A stretch of 47,665 nucleotides of DNA from an uncultured Muribaculaceae bacterium. Lineage in GTDB: Bacteria; Bacillota_I; Bacilli_A; RF39; UBA660. Numbering within the stretch: the first letter of the stretch is position 1; each line of letters opens with the position of its first letter. The position numbers and the translations under genes were made by a program. Location of the stretch: NCBI GenBank assembly GCA_964561805.1, contig CAZLQU010000002.1, positions 1-47,665 of the forward strand, in the 5' to 3' direction. A model generated the notes under the pieces. The model saw only the letters and a program-made list of their open reading frames with translations, was not told the DNA's origin and made no database searches. Below, in pieces: positions 7,905 to 17,500 of this stretch.

Positions 7905-9428
7905 ATGGATACTTTTTTAAGATTCTTGTATGAGTTTTTAGCTCAATTCTTTAATGGTATAAAATTTATTGCTTTGGGAATATTTAATGGCTTTAAAGCA
8001 ATTTTCAATGTGCCTGAATACATCAAAGTAATTAATGAATACAAAGATGATTTATCATTACCTGAATGGTTACTGGTAGGGCTTGCCATTCTTACTACGT
8101 TAATTGTTTTAGGTTTAATTGTCTTTGGTATATACTTCCTTATTAGAAAATATATAAGAGTAAGAAAAACTTTAGTCGATCAAGAATCATTACTTGAGGA
8201 AGTTGGAACACTTAATAATGAAGTAGCTAAATTAGTTCAAGAAAAACAAACAATTTTAGCAATGAAGGTTTCACAGCTTGGACTTAAACCGGGAGAATCA
8301 GCTACGGAAGATGCTAAAGAACCTGGGGATAATGTTGATCCTAATACAGAAATTAGATTTCCTAAGTTATATGATGTTGATCAGAAATTTAAAGATTATA
8401 AGATTCAGAATTATGGTAATTCATTTGAACTTCCAGAGTTTGTTGAATTATTCCGTAACTTTGCAGCTAGTCAATTAAAACTATATTATACGACTGATAT
8501 GATAAGATTGTTCGTATCGGCTTTGGCTAGTACAAAGTTAGTTATTTTACAAGGTATTTCTGGTACCGGTAAAACTTCCTTGGCATATGCTTGGGGAAAA
8601 TTCTTGAAACATGACTCATGTATTGCTTCAGTGCAGCCATCATGGCGTGATAGAACTGAGTTATTCGGATACTTCAACGAATTTACTAAACGTTTCAATG
8701 AGACTGAAGTATTAAAAGAGATGTATGTTGCAGGATATACAGATGATATATATACAGTAATCCTCGATGAAATGAACATCTCACGTGTTGAGTATTATTT
8801 TGCGGAAATGCTATCAATACTTGAGATGCCTAATAAAGATGAATGGATTGTTGAAATAGTACCAAGTGCATGGAAGAGTGACCCAGTACATTTAATGGAA
8901 GGTAAACTTAAAATACCACCAAATATGTGGTATATTGGAACAATCAATAACGATGACTCGACATTCATGGTAACCGATAAGGTATACGACCGTGATATGC
9001 AAATAGATATCAATGATAAAGGTCAAGTATTTGAGCCAATTGATACTCCGGCTCAAGATATAAACTTCTCTTATTTGGATAAGAAATTTCAAGAAGCAAT
9101 TAAGAATAATCCAATACATGAAGAGAATCTTAAGAAAATTGAAGAAATGGATGATTATGTTATTCAACACTTCAGAATTGCTTTTGGTAACCGTATCGTA
9201 GCACATATGCGTAAGTTTGTACCAGTGTTTGTAGCGTGCGGTGGCGATGAAATTAGAGGAATTGATTATTTCATTGCTCGTAAGATTTTAAGAAAATTTG
9301 AACAGTTAAAAATTGCATATATTAGAGATGAAATTGATGGCTTTGTCAAATTCTTGAATGATAATTTTGGTGAAGGTAAAATGGCAGAGTGCATTGAATA
9401 TTTATTAAGACTTAAAAAGATGGCGTAG
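7905..9428 (+). CDS. Membrane-anchored, coiled-coil-linked McrB-like AAA+ (AAA_5) NTPase
   Basis: TM WLLVGLAILTTLIVLGLIVFGIYFLI followed by RKYIRVRK, then a short heptad-like segment. Walker A LQGISGTGKTSLA (8553-8576). VQPSWRDRTELFGYFNEF. Walker B VILDEMNISRVEYYFAEMLSILE. IGTINNDDSTFMVTDKVYDRDMQIDI. Confidence 0.8.
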   Translation: MDTFLRFLYEFLAQFFNGIKFIALGIFNGFKAIFNVPEYIKVINEYKDDLSLPEWLLVGLAILTTLIVLGLIVFGIYFLIRKYIRVRKTLVDQESLLEEVGTLNNEVAKLVQEKQTILAMKVSQLGLKPGESATEDAKEPGDNVDPNTEIRFPKLYDVDQKFKDYKIQNYGNSFELPEFVELFRNFAASQLKLYYTTDMIRLFVSALASTKLVILQGISGTGKTSLAYAWGKFLKHDSCIASVQPSWRDRTELFGYFNEFTKRFNETEVLKEMYVAGYTDDIYTVILDEMNISRVEYYFAEMLSILEMPNKDEWIVEIVPSAWKSDPVHLMEGKLKIPPNMWYIGTINNDDSTFMVTDKVYDRDMQIDINDKGQVFEPIDTPAQDINFSYLDKKFQEAIKNNPIHEENLKKIEEMDDYVIQHFRIAFGNRIVAHMRKFVPVFVACGGDEIRGIDYFIARKILRKFEQLKIAYIRDEIDGFVKFLNDNFGEGKMAECIEYLLRLKKMA

Positions 9429-9437
9429 GTGATATAA

Positions 9438-10544
9438 ATGGGTAAACTTAAAGTCACGGAATTACTTGATACATTGGGTGAACGTGAACAAGATAAGTTT
9501 AACAATAATATTCGTTCTAGTTTGGTAGTCAATACTGATATTAACAGAGTTGATGCTGATTTTGAGTGGCTTGAGATTATGGAAGATACGATTAAGTATT
9601 TGGATAATATCTTGAGAAACCCCAATAGATTTATCGTCAACGAAGAGGAGATCGTTAAAGTTGAACTTGCTAGGAGAATAACTGTCGAGAGTATTAGGCA
9701 TTTATCAAAACATACCAATTATATTCAGAAAATTGAAGATAATGGGGATGTAAAACCATCTAAAATTTTAAATATTCAAAAAGATGAAAGTTATGATACT
9801 TATGAAAATAGGTTGATATATACATTGATTGAAAATATGCGTAACTTTGTGGAAATTAAAAAGAAAAGTTTGGTTTCAACATCTAGTATTAAAGATGTTA
9901 AGAAAGCTAAATATAATGCTAAAACGAGTATTGGCAAAGAGCAAGTATTTATTGAACTAAACTATACATCTAGTCTAGTTGATAAGAAGGAACCACAGGG
10001 TGAAAGACCGCTTGAAGAGCGTATTAAAAGGCTTGAAGATGATATTACGATGCTTAGCAATACAGATGTGTATAAGACTTTAAAGAAATTACATGTGGCA
10101 AGAGTAATTCCCCCAATAAAGAAAACTAACGTAATTTTAAAGAATACAAATTTCCAATATGCGATGAAATTATGGGATTTCTTGCAGAATCATGTTGCTG
10201 ATGATACGAAAGTATTTAAAAGTAATAAGAAATTTGAAGATAATGGCATATTAAAAGAATATATTAATAATACTTTCCTTTTGGATTATTTGGCAATGAA
10301 TACACTTAGTGAAAAAAGGCCAAAAGAAAAACAACGTGAGGTTGTCGAAGAACTTACAGATAATTTAATTCAGCGCATTGTGGAATTAAATGTCGATTTA
10401 CCACTTACTGAGTTGAAGGAAAAAATTGGCGATAAAATGGCGATTATTAAATATCGCAGAGAAGCTAGTTTAGCTGAGGTTCAGAATGCTTTTTCTGAAC
10501 GTATTAAGAGTTACTTAGAGAAAATTGAAAACTTAAAGTTGTGA
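9438..10544 (+). CDS. McrC N-terminal-domain-like (DUF2357-like) partner protein without a recognisable PD-(D/E)xK nuclease
   Basis: Starts 9 nt after the AAA+ gene. Block ILNIQKDESYDTYENRLIYTLIENM resembles the McrC-family x-D-x-x-E-N-R-h-h motif. The C-terminal half is helical and K/E-rich, and I see no D...(D/E)xK context. Confidence 0.55.
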   Translation: MGKLKVTELLDTLGEREQDKFNNNIRSSLVVNTDINRVDADFEWLEIMEDTIKYLDNILRNPNRFIVNEEEIVKVELARRITVESIRHLSKHTNYIQKIEDNGDVKPSKILNIQKDESYDTYENRLIYTLIENMRNFVEIKKKSLVSTSSIKDVKKAKYNAKTSIGKEQVFIELNYTSSLVDKKEPQGERPLEERIKRLEDDITMLSNTDVYKTLKKLHVARVIPPIKKTNVILKNTNFQYAMKLWDFLQNHVADDTKVFKSNKKFEDNGILKEYINNTFLLDYLAMNTLSEKRPKEKQREVVEELTDNLIQRIVELNVDLPLTELKEKIGDKMAIIKYRREASLAEVQNAFSERIKSYLEKIENLKL

Positions 10545-10552
10545 GGTGACAT

Positions 10553-11080
10553 ATGAAAACTTTATTTAGAATTATTAAAGGAATAATTACAGTCTTTTTG
10601 TGTGTTGTTTTACTACTCGTAATATTCCAAAAGTTTACAAAAAATAGAGTTGCTTTAGGAAACATATATATATTTCAAGTTGTTTCTGAAAGTATGATAC
10701 CTGAGTATAAAATTGGCGATATTATTGTCACTAAAAAAGCAAATCCTGTATCTTTAAAAGTTGGAGATGACGTTACATACGTTGCGTCTGCTGAAGGCAT
10801 TAATGGGATGACTATTACCCATAGAATTATCAGTAAAAGAGAAGCTGGTGGCAAGTATTATTTTGTGACTAAAGGTATTAATAATCCAATAGAGGATCCG
10901 GAAATATCAGAAGATATGATCTATGGTAAAGTAATATACCATACAATTCTATTTAGTTTTGTTGGTAGGTTAATGACCAATATTGTAATTTATTACATTT
11001 TATTTGTTAGTGTCGGAGTAGCTTTTTCATATGAGGTTGTTTCATCATTTTTCATAAAAGACAAAGACGAGGATGATTAG
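10553..11080 (+). CDS. sipW: SipW-like signal peptidase paralogue 3
   Basis: SESMIPEYKIGDIIVTKK serine box, ITHRIISK, TKGINNPIEDP, N- and C-terminal TMs, RBS GAGGTGA. Confidence 0.85.
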   Translation: MKTLFRIIKGIITVFLCVVLLLVIFQKFTKNRVALGNIYIFQVVSESMIPEYKIGDIIVTKKANPVSLKVGDDVTYVASAEGINGMTITHRIISKREAGGKYYFVTKGINNPIEDPEISEDMIYGKVIYHTILFSFVGRLMTNIVIYYILFVSVGVAFSYEVVSSFFIKDKDEDD

Positions 11081-11081
11081 T

Positions 11082-11717
11082 ATGTCCGATGATAAAAAGA
11101 AAAAAAGGCGCCATTTATTAAAACCATCAAGACTTGTATTCTTGATTGTTTTACTAGCGGCCAATACTTTTGCATGGTTTATTTATGCGACCAAGATCAA
11201 TACCGATGTTTCTGTCCATGTTAGGGCTTGGAATGTCGTTCTTGAAAGTGGCGAGAATGAATTATCAAACGATGTAGATATTGATATTGATAGTATTTAT
11301 CCAGGAATGGATGACTATGAATATGAGATAACGGCATATAATCATAGTGAAGTTAGCGCAAGTATGACTTATGAGATACTTAGCGTGAGAATTCTAAGTA
11401 CTTCCTATTATACGGCAGAAGAAAAGCAACGATTAGGATTAACCATTACTGGTGATGAGCCAACTTCAGCAGATTTAGAAGATATGCTTGAAAATGACTT
11501 CCCGTTTAGTATTACATTTGAAACCTCAAGCAATACGATAGCTCAAGGGAATGGTGAAGAAACATACACCTTAGCCGTTGTTTGGCCATATGAAAGCAAT
11601 GATGATGAAACAGATACCTTATGGGGTAGTAATGCTTATACATATAAACAGAGCAATCCTACAAGTCCTAGTATTGCTCTGAAAGTTAGAATTATAATTA
11701 CACAAAATCCAGACTAG
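11082..11717 (+). CDS. Short-class TasA/CalY-like secreted protein (P4)
   Basis: KKKKRRHLLKPSRLVFLIVLLAANTFAWFIYATK signal region. VVWPYESNDDETDTLWG C-terminal motif. GAGGA sits 8 nt before ATG 11082 (ORF-track start 11073 is less likely). Confidence 0.7.
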   Translation: MSDDKKKKRRHLLKPSRLVFLIVLLAANTFAWFIYATKINTDVSVHVRAWNVVLESGENELSNDVDIDIDSIYPGMDDYEYEITAYNHSEVSASMTYEILSVRILSTSYYTAEEKQRLGLTITGDEPTSADLEDMLENDFPFSITFETSSNTIAQGNGEETYTLAVVWPYESNDDETDTLWGSNAYTYKQSNPTSPSIALKVRIIITQNPD

Positions 11718-11719
11718 TA

Positions 11720-12316
11720 TTAGCTGGCTTTTTGTATGAAATCAACACTTACATTAACGGCAGCGACACCATTAAGTGAGGCGTCAGTATCGTCTTCATT
11801 ATCCATAGTTTCACCACTACCATCTTTCCATTCAAGATAGAAAATGTAAGTATTAACAGTATTTTGTTCACCTAATAAATGCGTTTCGGTAATAGTTGTT
11901 ACACCATTTTGGAAATATACTATGGCATCGTTATTTTTTTTGTATCCAGTGAAAACTAAGTCGGTAACGGTATTTGTTGTAGCCCCTGAAAGGGTAATGG
12001 TTTCATCAAATGAAACGCCAACGTTAGATGAATCAATAATTACTTGAATTTGTCCAGTACTTGTTGGGGCAATGGTGTTTGCACCGATATGTGAATTAGC
12101 ATCAAAAGTCGGAGTAATAGTGTTTGAGAAATTACTATTAGAAACGACATCCTGGCTATTTACGGAAAAGGCCCATCTTGCAATCGTGAAATTGGTGTTA
12201 GCATCAGCACTGGTTACGTACTTGGCATAAGTATCCTGCACTAAATCAACAAGTATTAATAATGATATACATGCAAGCAAAAGCCTAAATTTACGATTAT
12301 TAATAATCTTTTTCAT
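11720..12316 (-). CDS. Short-class TasA/CalY-like secreted protein (P5), convergent with P4
   Basis: RBS AAAGGAGG precedes ATG at 12316 (MKKIINNRKFRLLLACISLLILVDLVQDTYAKYVT). C-terminal LEWKDGSGETMDNEDDTDASL motif. Its stop lies 2 nt from the P4 stop. Confidence 0.75.
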   Translation of the reverse strand: MKKIINNRKFRLLLACISLLILVDLVQDTYAKYVTSADANTNFTIARWAFSVNSQDVVSNSNFSNTITPTFDANSHIGANTIAPTSTGQIQVIIDSSNVGVSFDETITLSGATTNTVTDLVFTGYKKNNDAIVYFQNGVTTITETHLLGEQNTVNTYIFYLEWKDGSGETMDNEDDTDASLNGVAAVNVSVDFIQKAS

Positions 12317-12428
12317 GCAGGGGCCTCCTTTACTATATACAATAATTTTATCAAAGAAAGTGGTTAAAGTGGTCTTTTTGAACATATTTTTTTAAAATTG
12401 ACAAATTATTGACATTAAAAATAATAAC

Positions 12429-12457
12429 AAAAAACGACAAAAAATAATAAATATTGC
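12429..12457 (+). promoter_or_regulatory. Weaker third copy of the A-tract-CGACA element, in the divergent P5/P6 promoter region
   Basis: aaaaaacgacaaaaaataataaatattgc shares the A-tract plus CGACA core and part of the AT-rich half with 14464..14493. Confidence 0.3.
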
Positions 12458-12536
12458 TTGCAATTTTATTAAAAAAGTATTATCATTGTATTATATGATA
12501 CAAGGCGTATGCGTTAGATTAAGTTGGTGGTGATTT

Positions 12537-13250
12537 ATGGCCAAGGAGGTAATTGTTACTGCTGATAAGGTTAGAAATAGAAAACGAATGGCTAAGATCG
12601 TTCGTAGAGCCTTATTCATATTACTGATATTCTTAATTGTTATATATGTAATTCTAAGTGTTATATATAATGAAGGAAAGTTTACAGTAATACTCGATTC
12701 CAATGAGACATTGGAAAGCGGACTAGCAATATTTGATAGTTTAAATAATTCACATGGTAAGAGGAAACTCGAAGCCACACCAATAAGATTTATGGATAAT
12801 ATTTCTTATAGATGGATTCCAGAAAATGTCGATACGGAAGCCGATGGGTCTCATAATGGACAAAACTATATTGCTTATAGTTTCTATGTTGAGAATCAGG
12901 GCGATAGAGTACTTAATTATCATTACGAGTTATACGTCGACGATATTATTAAAAATGTTGATGAAGCAATTCGAATTAGAATATATCGTAATGGTGAAGA
13001 TACAACGTATGCGAAGAGAAATTTCTTGGATAATCAGCCAGAAAGAGATACAGAACCATTTAAAGAAATAAAAAATGCCGAAGGAGTAATTATTTCGGAA
13101 CGTGTCGCTGATTTCAATCCAGATGATTTAGATCGTTATACGATATTAGTATGGATTGAGGGCGATGATCCCGATTGTACTGATGCCTTATTAGGTGGAG
13201 AAATAAAAATGCATATGGTCATTACCGAGGAACATATAGATCAAGGTTAG
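12537..13250 (+). CDS. Membrane-anchored paralogue of P7 (P6); N-terminal basic tail plus TM, without the A-x-F type cleavage motif
   Basis: RRALFILLIFLIVIYVILSVIYNEGKF anchor. Shares YIAYSFYVEN and LVWIEGDDPDC blocks with P7 (FIAFDIFLKV, YMWIEGQDIDC). Confidence 0.75.
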   Translation: MAKEVIVTADKVRNRKRMAKIVRRALFILLIFLIVIYVILSVIYNEGKFTVILDSNETLESGLAIFDSLNNSHGKRKLEATPIRFMDNISYRWIPENVDTEADGSHNGQNYIAYSFYVENQGDRVLNYHYELYVDDIIKNVDEAIRIRIYRNGEDTTYAKRNFLDNQPERDTEPFKEIKNAEGVIISERVADFNPDDLDRYTILVWIEGDDPDCTDALLGGEIKMHMVITEEHIDQG

Positions 13251-13263
13251 GAGTGATATATAA

Positions 13264-14406
13264 ATGAATGAAGGAAAAAAACAAAATAGAAAGAGAAAAA
13301 GACTAAGAACACTGATACTGCTACTATTTTTGACAATTATCATGTTTGGAACATCAACTTACGCATGGTTTACTGCCAATAGAGTAGTTACTATCGAAAG
13401 TATCAATGTTCATGTAGAAACAAGCGATGGCTTGCAGATATCTACGGATGGTACGACATGGAAGTCAGTAATCACTAGAACGGATATTTTAACTAATAAA
13501 TATTCTACTGCTGATAACTTTATTCCAAGTACTTTGGATGCCGTATCTACAAACGGTGGTACGACCGATGATAGCCAAGGCCATACAAGACTTTTAAATA
13601 TGTATGCTAGTAATATCCAATCAGATATTAACGTTAACAGTGGTAATTATACAATTTATACTACGAAAGTTGACGAAAGTACTGATAAGACAAAATTTAT
13701 TGCTTTTGATATATTCTTAAAGGTTAGTTCAGATAAACCAGTTTATTTGAATAGTTCAAACTCAAGTTTCTCAAATGTTGTAAAGAGAACAGATACTCAG
13801 GAAGTAACTTATGCTGATAGAGGTTTGAAAAATGCCGCAAGAGTTGCTTTTGTACCTATTGGTGAAGCAGCAGCTACAGCATCTCAATCAGATATTGTTT
13901 CAGCATATTATACTGGTACTGCTCCAGCAGTTAAGATTTGGGAGCCAAATAATGATACTCACTCACAGGCTGTTGTAAACAGTGTTGGCCCTGAGTATGG
14001 TTATACTGGTTCTAGTGCTTTAACAAATACAGCAAGTGCTAGACTTGATTATTATGGTATGATTGTAGCTATTCCTTCAACTGAAAAGAAAGACTTGATT
14101 GGTACAGTAAGAGGTACAATTACTTCTTATGGAACATCACCAACAACTACTTTCTCAGAAGTTATGTCACAAGGAACTGTTACTGATACTTCAGCATTAT
14201 ATGCAACTACTGGTGTATTAATATCTACTCCAGCAACACTTGTAGCAAATAAAGATTACAAAGTATTTGAATTACATCAAGGTATTACAAAGATGCGTGT
14301 ATATATGTGGATTGAAGGACAAGATATTGACTGTGAAAACAATGCTTCTGGTACTGATATTACTTATAATATTGAATTAAGTATTAGAGAAACAACTAAT
14401 CCATAA
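13264..14406 (+). CDS. Long-class secreted protein with SipW-cognate-type signal peptide (P7), candidate major subunit
   Basis: RKRKRLRTLILLLFLTIIMFGTSTYAWFTANRVV. C-terminal MRVYMWIEGQDIDCENN. Strong terminator directly downstream. Confidence 0.8.
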   Translation: MNEGKKQNRKRKRLRTLILLLFLTIIMFGTSTYAWFTANRVVTIESINVHVETSDGLQISTDGTTWKSVITRTDILTNKYSTADNFIPSTLDAVSTNGGTTDDSQGHTRLLNMYASNIQSDINVNSGNYTIYTTKVDESTDKTKFIAFDIFLKVSSDKPVYLNSSNSSFSNVVKRTDTQEVTYADRGLKNAARVAFVPIGEAAATASQSDIVSAYYTGTAPAVKIWEPNNDTHSQAVVNSVGPEYGYTGSSALTNTASARLDYYGMIVAIPSTEKKDLIGTVRGTITSYGTSPTTTFSEVMSQGTVTDTSALYATTGVLISTPATLVANKDYKVFELHQGITKMRVYMWIEGQDIDCENNASGTDITYNIELSIRETTNP

Positions 14407-14420
14407 TTAATTAGTGATTA

Positions 14421-14448
14421 AAAAGAAGATGTAAATCTTCTTTTTTTT
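14421..14448 (+). terminator. Rho-independent terminator after P7
   Basis: aaaagaagat-gtaa-atcttctttt hairpin followed by an 8-T run. Confidence 0.8.
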
Positions 14449-14463
14449 GTGGCTTTTATCTTT

Positions 14464-14493
14464 AAAAAAACGACATAATATGATAGAATATAC
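14464..14493 (+). promoter_or_regulatory. 30-nt conserved promoter/operator-like element, copy 2 (upstream of the giant gene)
   Basis: aaaaaaacgacataatatgatagaatatac is 25/30 identical to 3338..3367. It ends 20 nt before ATG 14514. Confidence 0.5.
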
Positions 14494-14513
14494 ATAGTAG
14501 GAGAGTAGGCGTT

Positions 14514-17500
14514 ATGGTTAAAATAAAAGCGTTCATAAAACAACATAAAAAACCAATATTAATGGCAGTATTTTTTATTGCTACGCTTTTAGTGTGCAGA
14601 TTTATTGATACTTTTAGTGAAACTGTTACAGATAGCGCCTGGGATGGGGTAGTTGCTAGGGATTTTACTAGTGGAACAGGTACACTTGAAAATCCATATG
14701 TAATATCTAATGCTTCAGAATATGCTTACTTTAAAGAATTGCTTGAAGGCGAAGATGCAAGCGCTTATATAGATAAGAATTATGTCATCGCTAATGGATT
14801 TAATTATGGTGAATATGAAATAAGTATTAACAATACCATTCCTTTTTCTGGGAATATTGATGGTAGAGGTAATTTAATTTATAATGCCAAAATTGTTAAT
14901 AATTTATTTAATGTAGTTGAAGAGGCAACAATTAAGAATATTAATTTTGATGAGATTGAGTACTCTTTAACTAGTGAAACAGGTGCATTGCTTGCTAATG
15001 AAATGTCCAATTCAGAAATTGAAATGGTAGTATTTAATAGTGATGTTACTATTTCAGATGAAGGAGATTATTCGTTTGGTGGATTTGTATATACATCTCA
15101 AAATAATAAATACAATAACATTATAATTAATTCAAATATTTTAAGTGAAGTTACGGATAGTTATAAGTTTGTTTCTGAATCAGCCAATGATGAAGGAAAT
15201 AACATTTTAATTAATAAAGACAATTATAGTAATAGTAAAGATGATATTGATATAGATATTGCTAATTTTAAAATTGTTGGTGACAATATTAGTTTAATTG
15301 ATATAGATAATCTTGAAGATTATGTTACCAATAATTATAAAATTGTGACTATTAATGATAAATTTGTCATTGAGAAAATCGAGACTGAAGAGATTGAACA
15401 AGATACCGATGATAATGACAAAAAAGATGATACTACTCCAGATAGAGCACCTATCAAAAGAAGTGCGGTAGCATCTGATACGATTACAGAACATGCTAGT
15501 GGGTCTGATGGTAATACTTTATATATTAATGACTTAACAGCTGATAAAAACTATTTAAAAGGATTAAATTATGCTGAAGTTAGAAGCACAAGTATTCCTA
15601 GTGGTGTTAGTACAGGGTATTATAATGATGATTATTTGGTTAAGGTAGAAATTATCTATGATGGAGCAGATATTAATAATTCTTCATTAGTGGGAGCTTT
15701 GTCCCCTATTAATAATGAAAACACTAATAAATTCGTTTATTTTAAGTATTATCCATTAGTACGAAATAGTAATGGTAGTTTAGCTACTAATAGTGATGGG
15801 GATAATTATATTAGAATAGAACTTATCGACAATCCATTTACTAAAAGACCTTATGTAAATAATGTTGAATATGGATTTAATGGTTGGGTATGTAATCAAA
15901 GTGTTGATACGACAGCTAATCTATGTGAAAATGCAACCTTTAGCTTTAAAAAAGATGATTATACAAGATATATGGATGTACCAGTTAATGGCGGTAGTCA
16001 GCTTATCATTCATTTGAATGCTACTTGGTATAGAGCTGATGTAGTAACTAGCTATAATGACATTTATGACTTTAATTCTATGTCAATGCAACCTACGTGG
16101 TATACGACTACTGAGACGGTTACTCATAGATATAATGCTTATTGGAAACAAAACTATACACAGATGGAATATGATCGCTCATATAACTATAATGCTGGTT
16201 ATTTGCCAGTAGGCATTTGGTATAGGACAAATAGAAACAGTGGGACATATAATTATGTATCACGGCCTAATTCGGTTAGAGCTGATAGATATTGGGGTAA
16301 TACTACACTATATGCATTTAACGCGAATACTACTGCTATTTCCGAGGGTACAAGATATACTGGTGGATCTGTTACTTTTGTTGCTAATTTTAACCCAACT
16401 GGAAGCAATACGGATACAACAATTAATAACTATAATACGACATATATGAATCTTGTTGAAGAAGCTAATGGAACATTTACAACTACTGAACAAGTTACAC
16501 ATTCAAATTCATATATTTCAACTGGGGCTAATACGGAGGGATACTACTACAAGGTAAGCAATCCTACTGCTAATATGATTTCAACTGGAGAATACTATAC
16601 GAATGATGGATCTGTTTGTACAAGTGCTAATGCTTGTACTACTGCTTATAAATTAATACAATATAACGATTCAGTAACTAATTCAAATGGTAATTCAATC
16701 TATTTAACTGAAAATGATAATGGCTATATGTTGGATGCTGATAAATACTATTATCTTGTTACTAGGGATATGAATATATATAGGCATACTAGTACAACTG
16801 GTGTAAGTTATACTAACTTAACTTATTACAATAGACCATTTACAGTGACGGGGGCAGCTGTTAATGGAACAACGGCCGCTGGTAGAATAAATATTACAAG
16901 CAATCAGTTAAGTCTTAAAAATGATTTAGTCATTGAAAATATTAGAATTGATGGACCAAATTATGATTTAACTGTAACTGGCCGAAATGGGTATGATAAT
17001 AAGCAAACTGGTGCTGATACAACTTCTGGTGCAATATATGCTAATTCACATAATTTAAAGATAGGTCGTAATGTTAGTAGTTATGATGGCACATCATATA
17101 TGGTTGTCCAAGGTATATATGGTGGTGCTAATAATGCTAGCCCATCAGGAACATTTAGAGTTATTATTGAAAGCGGTTACTACTATGCATACCATAGTGG
17201 AAGAATGAATGGTGGTACAACTACTTATACATTTAATGAAACAACTATTTTTGGTAATGATTATGATCGTATAAAGAATAGTAATCAAAAATTAAGATTT
17301 TTAATTGGCTTAGATGGTTATGCTGGAGGAGATAATTATGCCGGAAATGATTCTTTATTTGCTTCATATAATATAATTAAGAGTGGTTCATTTGGATATA
17401 ACTATGATGGCTCTGCGAATACTGATAATACAGCTGGTTTATACATTGGTGCACGATCTGATCTTTATATGAACTCATTGACAGGAGTTAAAATTGAAGG

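Noticed and set aside
9266-9718. 150-aa minus-strand ORF (and the similar ORFs 8486..8779, 8795..9013 and 8892..9206) opposite the AAA+ and McrC-like genes
   Set aside because: These are low-complexity Ser/Leu/Ile-rich translations lying entirely antisense to well-supported, motif-bearing genes. They have no RBS. They are typical shadow ORFs of AT-rich DNA.
7905-10544. Annotating the pair simply as a type IV McrBC restriction system
   Set aside because: The McrB-like protein has a TM anchor instead of a DNA-binding N-domain. The partner has no visible PD-(D/E)xK nuclease. The genes sit mid-operon among secreted-fibre genes. Calling it McrBC would overstate what the sequence shows.
12826-13071. 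81-aa + strand ORF inside P6 and 66-aa ORF 8278..8478 inside the AAA+ gene
   Set aside because: These are alternate-frame ORFs fully nested in longer genes that have conserved motifs and proper RBSs. They have no independent support.
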